Shown one piece after another: positions 1-5,887 of a stretch of DNA of 7,938 nucleotides (position 1 is its first letter; every line of letters begins with the position of its first letter). The translations under genes were made by a program, and so were the position numbers. The notes under the pieces were generated by a model that was not told where the DNA came from, made no database searches, and worked only from the letters and a program-made list of their open reading frames with translations. The DNA is from a virus, in IMG/VR virus record IMGVR_UViG_3300022690_001911, positions 1-7,938 of that record; one strand, written 5' to 3'.

Positions 1-144
1 CTTTCAGTACCGGATGGACTTTTTTAATGTTTGTGGTTGTTAATGAAAAGTCCCAATTGTGGTGCCGATGCATATCAAACGCCGCGTAAATATCCTCGGG
101 CCTGTCGTCTTTTTCGGCTGCTTCGGCTCCATTTGGGTAATCAA
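1..144. repeat. Terminal redundancy, copy 1 (identical to 7795-7938); circular-assembly overlap
   Basis: Base-by-base comparison shows all 144 nt identical. The repeat lies inside one continuous reading frame (zot-like), which is not how a biological repeat would sit. Confidence 0.95.
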
Positions 145-466
145 AGGCTTTCATTTCTTTAGCCGTTAATTTGGGGTTCCAGATGCGCTGTACTTCATCA
201 ATACAGATGTAAGCCCCTTTCGGTGCCCAATGAAAAAAACGAGCCATTTTCTGACGATTAACTGACAAATCCGTATCAATATAAATAACTTCCCAATCGG
301 GATGAACCTTATCCTTGCCCAGAACTTTAATGGCTTTTTCTTTGCTGAAACCCCGCACATTCGTGACCAGCGTCCGCCCCTGTTCAATTACCTTTAAAAT
401 GTCGTCCTTAATGGCGCCAGAGGTCTTATAGGTGCCACCAGGGCCGTGATGTATTTTTATGCTCAT
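1..466 (-). CDS. zot: Zot / pI-like assembly ATPase, 5' (N-terminal) part. It continues across the circular junction into 7037-7794, giving a full protein of 407 aa
   Basis: This frame is missing from the ORF track because it runs off the window edge. ATG at 466-464. Translation: MSIKIHHGPGGTYKTSGAIKDDILKVIEQGRTLVTNVRGF... The P-loop GPGGTYKTS maps to 419-445 and the Walker B ICIDE to 194-208. The N-terminus closely resembles my recollection of V. cholerae CTXphi Zot (MSIFIHHGAPGSYKTSGA...). The frame at position 1 is contiguous with ORF 7037-7867. The ATG overlaps the upstream gene's TGA (ATGA at 466-463). Confidence 0.9.
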   Translation of the reverse strand, partial: MSIKIHHGPGGTYKTSGAIKDDILKVIEQGRTLVTNVRGFSKEKAIKVLGKDKVHPDWEVIYIDTDLSVNRQKMARFFHWAPKGAYICIDEVQRIWNPKLTAKEMKAFDYPNGAEAAEKDDRPEDIYAAFDMHRHHNWDFSLTTTNIKKVHPVLK

Positions 467-786
467 TTAGTAAAGAACCCCATCACAAAGCGCGTCACTA
501 AGGCGTTCAGCACTAAATTAAGTCCCGATGTTACGTTAAAAAAATCGAGCTTATTTCGGACATCGACGGGTAATCCCACCAACGCAGTGTTAATTTTTTG
601 GCTTATTTGAAGGTCAAGAATAATATCCTTGGCAATATCCCAACTAAACTGAATTAAATCAGCCTGAATATTCAAGCGGAATAACGTCCACTTCACAATA
701 ACGTAACTCATGAACTGAACCGCAAAATCATATATACCTTCAGTAAGCCAACTGTAAATTGCTTGTATACCGTCTAAAAATTCCAT
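463..786 (-). CDS. Minor coat / assembly membrane protein, pVI-like (Ace / DUF2523-like), 107 aa
   Basis: Sits between the pIII-like and zot-like genes. The protein is hydrophobic. The segments YSWLTEG, QFSWDIAKDII and LVLNALVTRF resemble recalled CTXphi Ace (YDWLIDG, QFFWEMSQKVI, IVLQALMTRF). TAATG overlap with pIII-like at 788-784 and ATGA overlap with zot. Confidence 0.8.
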   Translation of the reverse strand: MEFLDGIQAIYSWLTEGIYDFAVQFMSYVIVKWTLFRLNIQADLIQFSWDIAKDIILDLQISQKINTALVGLPVDVRNKLDFFNVTSGLNLVLNALVTRFVMGFFTK

Positions 787-2177
787 TAGTTACGACTCCT
801 TAATATAATAAAGCCCGAGAGACACACAAACATAAATAAAATGGCATTGGCCAACACGCTCATTTCATCCGAAAACTCATCTAAACAAGCCGTGTGAACA
901 ACCCCAGCCACCTTAGCAATGTTAGAACACCCCGCAAACGAGCCAGTACCCGAAGAAATGGACGGAATCAGCGCACCAGCCTCACTCTTAATCGTTGAGA
1001 TAGCTGTTGATAACGCTGTCTTGGCCGCTACGATTTCAGCCTCTACCGCCGCAATATCAAAGGTTCCGGCAGTGCCTTTAACAACCTGTAGCGCTTTGTT
1101 GATTTTCTTTAATTCGTCTTCAACCGTGGATAAATCGACTCCTGGCGCTGGGTCGGTGCCTGGGTCTGGGTCGGTGCCTGGGTCTGGGTCGGTGCCTGGG
1201 TCTGGGTCTGGTTCAGGGTTAGGTGTGCAGTTACCTAAATCATCGCAAGTTTCGCCGATATCAGGCTGGCCGTTTTGATTTTTATCAGGGTCAATAATGC
1301 CATCGCCATCACTGTCTGAATCGGGAATTCCATTTTGATCGACATCCGTATCAAAACAATAAAAAACACCATTTACATAACCGCAATTTGGTGTGCATAT
1401 ATTACCTTCACAGTAATCATTAGGGTCAGCAGCACAGACCAATGAGCCATCGCCCATCGTAGAGCATGAATTAGGTGACGGCTCATTAATTGGCGAGTTA
1501 CCGTCTGTTTGCGGGAGTGGCGCATCTGGCTGATAGCATGAGCCCTCGGAGGGGGATAGAGTTAGCCCGTTGCTAGTCATATGACACACCGCCCCGCTGC
1601 CATCCGATGGACCAACACAGGCATTATTATTTAAACCCAGTGTGATACCCGAACCTGGAAACGGAACAACCGCATCCCACGGGCAAGAATTATTTGTTGC
1701 TGTAGCTAAATCAATATCAGACGGGTTGTAACATAGGTCATCTTCACCATCACCATTGGAATCATCACCGTATGTAAGAAGCGGAAAATCTGTTGGCGGA
1801 CAGCTTTTACCATCGGAGGTTTCAACATAATCAAAAGGATTTGAGCCGTAATACGTGGTTGTAGAGCCGCCACCATTAAAAAAACAATAATACTCGTTAC
1901 CTTGCTTGAGTTGGACAATGCGACAATCTAACGTAGCAGCAAACGCAGCTATCCATTGGTCCAGCATGTTATCCGTACAATAGTTATATTGAGCCTCGGG
2001 AGACAAAGAACCCTCACCGCTAGCAGCCCCTATAAAATCCCCCATCAACGAACATCTAAGAGTCCATGTTCCAGATGGTTTTGGTGGTTCACCCGACACA
2101 CCCAGCGATTGAACATAAGAAACCGCAAACGAATTGGCACTAACTAACAACAGCAACCCTAAAAATAAATAACGCAT
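786..2177 (-). CDS. pIII-like adsorption / minor coat protein, 463 aa from the ATG at 2177
   Basis: Signal peptide MRYLFLGLLLLVSANSFA. Cys-rich N-terminal domains. Asp-rich DxDxDG repeats. A PD/PGTD low-complexity linker. C-terminal hydrophobic anchor ILFMFVCLSGFIIL followed by a basic tail RSRN. Sits directly after the major coat gene. GGTGG Shine-Dalgarno (SD) 6 nt upstream of ATG 2177. The track's TTG start at 2192 lies inside the terminator U-tract and is unlikely. Confidence 0.85.
   Translation of the reverse strand: MRYLFLGLLLLVSANSFAVSYVQSLGVSGEPPKPSGTWTLRCSLMGDFIGAASGEGSLSPEAQYNYCTDNMLDQWIAAFAATLDCRIVQLKQGNEYYCFFNGGGSTTTYYGSNPFDYVETSDGKSCPPTDFPLLTYGDDSNGDGEDDLCYNPSDIDLATATNNSCPWDAVVPFPGSGITLGLNNNACVGPSDGSGAVCHMTSNGLTLSPSEGSCYQPDAPLPQTDGNSPINEPSPNSCSTMGDGSLVCAADPNDYCEGNICTPNCGYVNGVFYCFDTDVDQNGIPDSDSDGDGIIDPDKNQNGQPDIGETCDDLGNCTPNPEPDPDPGTDPDPGTDPDPGTDPAPGVDLSTVEDELKKINKALQVVKGTAGTFDIAAVEAEIVAAKTALSTAISTIKSEAGALIPSISSGTGSFAGCSNIAKVAGVVHTACLDEFSDEMSVLANAILFMFVCLSGFIILRSRN
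1150..1203. repeat. Perfect 3 x 18-bp tandem repeat (gggtcggtgcctgggtct) inside the pIII-like gene, encoding (PGTDPD)x3; degenerate flanks extend to 1141-1215
   Basis: Units at 1150-1167, 1168-1185 and 1186-1203 are identical. Translation on the minus strand gives EPDPDPGTDPDPGTDPDPGTDPAPG. Confidence 0.95.
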
Positions 2178-2190
2178 TTTGACCACCGTC

Positions 2191-2225
2191 AAAAAAAAGA
2201 TAAAAAAATAGCGACCGAAGCCGCT
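2191..2225 (-). terminator. Rho-independent terminator downstream of the major coat gene
   Basis: Minus-strand RNA: AGCGGC-UUCG-GUCGCU, a 6-bp stem with one G-U pair and a cUUCGg tetraloop (2210-2225). It is followed by AUUUUUUUAUCUUUUUUUU (2209-2191). The position matches the Ff terminator after gene VIII. Confidence 0.8.
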
Positions 2226-2302
2226 TATCTAAGCATGTAAAAACCCGATGCTATTCCAATCACTAGGGCCATGGCGGACATAGCCCCGAGAAAAACAGCC
2301 AC
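2225..2302 (-). CDS. Possible 25-aa hydrophobic peptide (pVII/pIX-size), GTG start
   Basis: GTG at 2302-2300 overlaps the coat gene's TAG (TAGTG). Translation: (M)AVFLGAMSAMALVIGIASGFYMLR, stop TAA at 2227-2225. It is below the ORF-track size cut-off. Support is only hydrophobicity plus the coupling geometry. Confidence 0.3.
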   Translation of the reverse strand: MAVFLGAMSAMALVIGIASGFYMLR

Positions 2303-2532
2303 TAGATCTTTTTAACAATGCCGACGATTAAACCGATAACAACCAAACTCGCCACCGTACCGATAACAAACTGACCAGTTGTTAATGCGTCAGATTCAGC
2401 CGAAGTAATAGCCGCACCTACGGCAACCGTGTCAACCGCTGAGGCAACCGAGGCAAACATAGCCGTACCCATAGCCACAGAACCAACAGCCATTTTCTTT
2501 CCAAATTTCTTCATTGCGTTAAATTTTTTCAT
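2302..2532 (-). CDS. Major coat protein (pVIII-like) precursor, 76 aa; predicted mature form 44 aa
   Basis: Basic, hydrophobic signal peptide ending in ASA. The mature form VDTVAVGAAITSAESDALTTGQFVIGTVASLVVIGLIVGIVKKI has an acidic N-terminus, a hydrophobic core and a basic KK C-terminus, which is the classic inovirus coat layout. It is followed by a strong terminator. Confidence 0.9.
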   Translation of the reverse strand: MKKFNAMKKFGKKMAVGSVAMGTAMFASVASAVDTVAVGAAITSAESDALTTGQFVIGTVASLVVIGLIVGIVKKI

Positions 2533-2534
2533 AA

Positions 2535-2768
2535 TTATCTCTTAAGTTTAGTTAGGATTGCTAATATCCATCCGATGCCCAAGCCAATCACTAGACTTTG
2601 CAACACTGCCCCATAAGCCAAGTCATAAGCTTCGGCATCGAAAGAATTTGATAATAAACCCGCGTCATATTCGTTATGCGTAACAAGCACATAAGCCGTA
2701 CACGAATCTATTGTTTCTGACGATTGCGTTAAAACCCCTTTGGAGTTTAATTTTACGCATAACGCCAT
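2535..2768 (-). CDS. Hypothetical 77-aa protein with a C-terminal TM anchor (possible minor virion or morphogenesis protein)
   Basis: The ATG at 2768 overlaps the upstream TAA (TAATG). C-terminus: LQSLVIGLGIGWILAILTKLKR. Sits immediately upstream of the major coat gene. Confidence 0.6.
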   Translation of the reverse strand: MALCVKLNSKGVLTQSSETIDSCTAYVLVTHNEYDAGLLSNSFDAEAYDLAYGAVLQSLVIGLGIGWILAILTKLKR

Positions 2769-2911
2769 TAAAATTTGCTCACTTTATTTGAGCGTTTCGA
2801 TTTCTTGGCAAAATGAAAGGCCGCTAAGGCATTAACAAAAACAACAATAATAACAACCATAAAAAACGAAATGGTCTTAATTAAAGCGTTGTTTTCTATT
2901 AAAAAATCCAT
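2768..2911 (-). CDS. Hypothetical 47-aa small membrane protein (below the ORF-track cut-off)
   Basis: Hand translation: MDFLIENNALIKTISFFMVVIIVVFVNALAAFHFAKKSKRSNKVSKF. It has one TM segment plus a basic tail. The stop TAA at 2770-2768 overlaps the next ATG by 1 nt, and the ORF fills an otherwise unexplained 160-nt gap. Confidence 0.5.
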   Translation of the reverse strand: MDFLIENNALIKTISFFMVVIIVVFVNALAAFHFAKKSKRSNKVSKF

Positions 2912-2928
2912 AAAATGCCCCGAAACTA

Positions 2929-3231
2929 TTAAACCGCTGCTTTGTCGCTAAAACCGACTATATTCATAACCATTTCATTTTTCTTAACAATGGTTTCGAC
3001 CTCACAAATCACAATGCCAGGAATTAAGCCAGCTTTAGCCAACGCTTTAACAATTTGGTTTTCGTTCGCGGTTGAAATTTTTACTTTTGCCGTCTTCTGA
3101 CCAACATCAATGCGATCATCTGTAATCTGGTCTGCCTGATTATCATCAAGAATTTGAGCGCTGGCGTACAGAAGACCACCATCCTCGATTTTGCCCCCTG
3201 ACAAGCTCAATATATTCATTGGAAATTTCAT
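2929..3231 (-). CDS. 100-aa protein in the position of the inovirus ssDNA-binding protein (gV/RstB analogue); function inferred from position only
   Basis: First gene of the structural operon. AGGTG SD 6 nt upstream of ATG 3231. Size is typical for phage ssDNA-binding proteins. I recognise no diagnostic motif. Confidence 0.6.
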   Translation of the reverse strand: MKFPMNILSLSGGKIEDGGLLYASAQILDDNQADQITDDRIDVGQKTAKVKISTANENQIVKALAKAGLIPGIVICEVETIVKKNEMVMNIVGFSDKAAV

Positions 3232-3260
3232 TTTTTACACCTTGATTTGATTAAGTGAAA

Positions 3261-3273
3261 CAGTGACACACTG
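3261..3273. promoter_or_regulatory. Second palindrome CAGTGACACACTG (5-3-5), centred about 38 bp from the first
   Basis: Read directly from the sequence. Shares the TGACACA half-site with 3298-3312. Confidence 0.45.
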
Positions 3274-3284
3274 AAACTGAGTGC

Positions 3285-3313
3285 AATGTAAATCACCTGA
3301 CACAATGTGTCAA
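3285..3313 (-). promoter_or_regulatory. Sigma70-type promoter for the structural operon: TTGACA-N17-TACATT
   Basis: On the minus strand the -35 box TTGACA is at 3313-3308, the spacer is exactly 17 nt, and the -10 box TACATT is at 3290-3285. This lies about 55 nt upstream of ATG 3231. Confidence 0.6.
3298..3312. promoter_or_regulatory. Perfect 7-1-7 palindrome TGACACA-A-TGTGTCA (operator candidate) overlapping the -35 box and spacer
   Basis: Read directly from the sequence. A related palindrome, CAGTG-ACA-CACTG, lies at 3261-3273 and shares the GTGACACA core. Confidence 0.6.
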
Positions 3314-3373
3314 TTTATTTATTGTGACGCATACTATAAAATCACACCTCCAGATAATAAAAAGGTTTGAAAA

Positions 3374-3562
3374 ATGTCTAAAACCAAGACGCTAAGAGCT
3401 AGATTGGACGATGCAAAAATAATAGAGCAAGCCGTGAGAGTGCTTGCAGCAGAGCTTCAGAGGGAAGTTACTGTCAGTGAACTTATAAGGGAATTAGTAA
3501 AGTATGTGCCGGAAGCTTCGAAAGGAATTAAAAAAAGATTTACTGAAACTAGCGAAAAGTAA
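3374..3562 (+). CDS. Ribbon-helix-helix (CopG/Arc/MetJ-type) transcriptional regulator, 62 aa; the only plus-strand gene
   Basis: KTLRARLDD (beta strand), then AKIIEQAVRVLAAEL (helix), then a loop, then VSELIRELVKY (helix). This fits the RHH pattern, including the common SE(L/F)IRE signature. It is divergent from the structural-operon promoter and operator. Confidence 0.65.
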   Translation: MSKTKTLRARLDDAKIIEQAVRVLAAELQREVTVSELIRELVKYVPEASKGIKKRFTETSEK

Positions 3563-3617
3563 AAATATTACGTACAGACGATTAAAAAAAAGGATGTTGT
3601 TATAGGGATATAAAATT

Positions 3618-3639
3618 GAGCAGGTTATAAAATCTGCTC
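3618..3639. terminator. Hairpin GAGCAG-N10-CTGCTC between the convergent RHH and rep genes (weak bidirectional terminator candidate)
   Basis: Perfect 6-bp stem. The minus-strand side is followed by AAUUUUAUAU; the plus-strand side has a poor U-tract. Confidence 0.35.
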
Positions 3640-3643
3640 ATTT

Positions 3644-3737
3644 AGTACCAATTTCGACGTGCCGGCGCAACGCCAGGTTTCAAAATCAGTACCTATTTTT
3701 GTTATCGATGTCGCCCAGGGAACAGCAAATCAGTACC
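3644..3737. repeat. Iteron cluster A: AGTACC at 3644-3649; a 34-nt element TGCCGG-N7-CCAGGT-N8-CAGTACC at 3660-3693; CCCAGGGA-N10-CAGTACC at 3714-3737
   Basis: Read directly from the sequence. The same motifs recur in cluster B (6866-7036). The cluster abuts the rep stop codon. Confidence 0.8.
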
Positions 3738-5353
3738 TAATCACCTGCATTTTTTGTCATTTGCTCATATTTATTGACATAATTCGGCTGGTAAAATCGA
3801 CTTTGCGACAACATAAGATCAGCCTCCGCATTAATTTTTTCAGAACCTAGAGTGCAAGGTTTTTTATAATAAATTTTGCCGTTCATATTGATTTGATCAT
3901 CCAAATCATCATCGTTATTAGCATCGCCACGCGACAGAAAATCAATATAAAATTGTTCAAAGGTATAACGACCATTATCATCATCAACAAAGCCATAACA
4001 ATACCGCGCAACAGCATCAATGCCGCCGTTGGTTATGATATCGAGCAATAATGGGCGCTGCTTACGAGCTTGAATAATTTTCCATTCGTAGGGCAATAAC
4101 AAGCATTGTAAAATGGCTTTGTCTTCTTCTTGCTGGATGATTTCCGCGTCGGTCAATTCTTTAGTGTTTGCCATGCCTAAGTCTTTTCGCAAGTTACGCG
4201 ACCACTTAATCATTGTCTTACCATGCATTGCCCTGGCATATTGCAAAAATAACAACCAATTAAATTTCCTGATCTCTTTGGTTTCGCCCTCCTCAATTAA
4301 CGACAATATTTCCCACGGCGTGATCGACTTAGATCGACCATTTTTTTTATTTCCCTTGGTCATTTCGTCGGCCATGTCCCATGTGATTTTTTTACCCGTT
4401 TTAGTCTCTAAAATTTCATCATCAGAACCGTATTTATTGATATATTCAGAGGCTTGAGAGCCATTTTGTAAGTCCATACCAAACAAATTTGGCTTTTTTA
4501 ATCCCGCGTTTAAGCAGTGACCCTGCCAGCGCTCAAGAATCCTGTCCCATTCGGGATCTTGATTTTTTTGCAAACGACCAACCAAGGTTCTTTTCGTTAC
4601 GGGTAACGGTTTTTTACTGAAAACAATAATATGAAAATGCGGATGCCAACCATTATCGCCGTATCGAACTTCAAGCGTTCTAATGTTGCCGACAATGCCA
4701 TAACGTTTCTTGAATCGTGTAGCTACATTGTTGCGCCAAAATTCGCGCAAAGCCGCATTCATTTTATCGACCAAAACTTCAATTTTATCAGTAACATAAT
4801 GAGGCGCGGTAAACGTCAGCAACTGAATATTCAACCCTTTTTCTTTTGCTAAATCAAAGCCTTCACGCATTTCGTTAGCCTTACGTTCTGCCAACTTATC
4901 AGAGCAAATCGGGCACGTATGGCCATTGCCGCAATTCATCAGGCCGCCGTAAAAATATTTGCCGTTGGTTTTTGATTTTAAAATCTCAGTTGTGGTCGAC
5001 AAACGGAATCCGGTACAACTACAAGTACGGTGATGAATATCGTAACCTTTCACGTTTTTTCGAGTCGTTTCACTGTAAGAATAGAGGGTTTTTTTCGCTA
5101 TTTCATGAAGCTCGAAACGAATACGACGAGTTCGTGAAATTGATTCGGACTCAGTGAGCGCGCGCACTTCAAGCAGTTCGCCAGTCTCTTTATCGAGAAA
5201 ATTCCTGACCAATTTTAGAGGGGGGGTGGTGCGTAAGTCCGTAGCATTACCAAGTGCGCCCGTCTTCGACGGCTGCGCTGCGGTGCCGTTGCTCCTCGCT
5301 AGCCTCTCTTGAGGGCTTGCTATTGTTTTTAATAGTTTGCTATCATTGCTCAT
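3737..5353 (-). CDS. Rolling-circle replication initiator, HUH endonuclease superfamily (pC194/Rep_1-like, RstA/gII analogue), 538 aa
   Basis: Motif 1 LLTFT. HUH motif GWHPHFHIIVF (His codons at 4631-4645). Candidate catalytic Tyr in SEYINKYGSDDE (about 4430-4453). Upstream Cys/His cluster HHRTCSC...NCGNGHTCPIC, which looks like a zinc ribbon. This is the largest ORF and sits upstream of the structural module, as in inoviruses. Confidence 0.85.
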   Translation of the reverse strand: MSNDSKLLKTIASPQERLARSNGTAAQPSKTGALGNATDLRTTPPLKLVRNFLDKETGELLEVRALTESESISRTRRIRFELHEIAKKTLYSYSETTRKNVKGYDIHHRTCSCTGFRLSTTTEILKSKTNGKYFYGGLMNCGNGHTCPICSDKLAERKANEMREGFDLAKEKGLNIQLLTFTAPHYVTDKIEVLVDKMNAALREFWRNNVATRFKKRYGIVGNIRTLEVRYGDNGWHPHFHIIVFSKKPLPVTKRTLVGRLQKNQDPEWDRILERWQGHCLNAGLKKPNLFGMDLQNGSQASEYINKYGSDDEILETKTGKKITWDMADEMTKGNKKNGRSKSITPWEILSLIEEGETKEIRKFNWLLFLQYARAMHGKTMIKWSRNLRKDLGMANTKELTDAEIIQQEEDKAILQCLLLPYEWKIIQARKQRPLLLDIITNGGIDAVARYCYGFVDDDNGRYTFEQFYIDFLSRGDANNDDDLDDQINMNGKIYYKKPCTLGSEKINAEADLMLSQSRFYQPNYVNKYEQMTKNAGD

Positions 5354-5420
5354 GCAATACGACCTTATAGCTGTCCAGGGTGGTTCCTAGACTTAAAGCT
5401 TGGTTAAATTGTTTCTGAAG

Positions 5421-5450
5421 GGGCTATCGGTGGTTTACGTCGATAGTCCC
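5421..5450. other. Imperfect 10-bp inverted repeat (GGGCTATCGG ... CGATAGTCCC; 9/10 pairs, 10-nt loop) about 70 nt upstream of the rep start
   Basis: Read directly from the sequence. There is no U-tract, so it is not a typical terminator. Confidence 0.5.
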
Positions 5451-5466
5451 GAAATCTTTCTAGATA

Positions 5467-5613
5467 CTAATCTTTTTCTAAATTCTTGTCATCTTCTGTA
5501 TTTTTCTTCTGAATATAACGTCTTACAAAATACCTCGATTCCAACTTAAAGACCGCCCGACTGTGAAACGGCGATTTCACCAAATCCAATAAATCAATAA
5601 AGAAACGCTTCAC
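5467..5613 (-). CDS. Possible 48-aa basic protein, GTG start
   Basis: GGAGG SD 7 nt upstream of GTG 5613-5611. Translation: (M)KRFFIDLLDLVKSPFHSRAVFKLESRYFVRRYIQKKNTEDDKNLEKD. It starts 4 nt after the upstream ORF's stop. Below the ORF-track cut-off. Confidence 0.4.
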   Translation of the reverse strand: MKRFFIDLLDLVKSPFHSRAVFKLESRYFVRRYIQKKNTEDDKNLEKD

Positions 5614-5616
5614 TTT

Positions 5617-5742
5617 CTACCCTCCCCGCACACGCTGAAATAACGACCTAAAAAACGGAAAAACAAGCACTGAACCACACAAAACTATCAGACCAAAAAG
5701 CAAATCGAACGTAAAAAGCCAATCAACAAAATTATCTATCAT
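5617..5742 (-). CDS. Possible 41-aa small hydrophobic protein
   Basis: AAGGAA SD about 9 nt upstream of ATG 5742. Translation: MIDNFVDWLFTFDLLFGLIVLCGSVLVFPFFRSLFQRVRGG. One TM segment. Below the ORF-track cut-off. Confidence 0.4.
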   Translation of the reverse strand: MIDNFVDWLFTFDLLFGLIVLCGSVLVFPFFRSLFQRVRGG

Positions 5743-5887
5743 TTTAAATATTCCTTTATTCAAACGTTTCTCTATCGTGCTTAATCAGAGTAAACAGTGT
5801 GCGCTGTTAGCCTTTAAAGACTAAAACCAGTTAATTAGGGAAGGGGAAAAAGAAGTTAATGTATTTGCTACGCAAAGACGGCAAAGA

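Noticed and set aside
1-144. The terminal 144-bp direct repeats as biological LTR, att or IS ends
   Set aside because: The repeat is exact and in direct orientation. It lies in the middle of one continuous zot-like reading frame that only makes a full-length protein when the ends are joined. This is the signature of a circular contig overlap.
166-387. 73-aa minus-strand ORF
   Set aside because: It is an alternative frame entirely inside the zot-like N-terminal coding region. The real frame, with a P-loop and Walker B, was absent from the track only because it runs off the window edge.
919-1278. 119-aa plus-strand ORF
   Set aside because: It is antisense to the pIII-like gene. Its GSGSVPGSGSVP repeats are just the reverse-complement reading of the PD/PGTD tandem repeat. 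It has no RBS and no independent support.
1706-2147. 70-aa (minus) and 63-aa (plus) ORFs
   Set aside because: Both are nested in or antisense to the pIII-like gene and have no RBS or motif support.
2178-2192. TTG start extending the pIII-like ORF by 5 codons (MTVVK)
   Set aside because: The TTG lies in the terminator U-tract. The ATG at 2177 has a GGTGG SD and begins a canonical signal peptide.
3314-3373. A specific plus-strand promoter for the RHH gene
   Set aside because: A TATAAA/TACTAT -10-like box is present at 3332-3340, but I found no acceptable -35 box at 16-18 nt spacing. A promoter probably exists here, but I cannot place it from sequence alone.
3659-5157. Plus-strand ORFs of 63, 114, 73 and 61 aa
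   Set aside because: All are antisense to rep, or to rep plus iteron cluster A. The rep frame carries clear HUH motifs, and the antisense frames look like chance open frames in AT-rich sequence.
5864-5876. TTTGC-tac-GCAAA hairpin after the 198-aa ORF as a terminator
   Set aside because: The stem is only 5 bp with a 3-nt loop. On the transcribed strand it is followed by a mixed rather than U-rich tract, so it is too weak to call.
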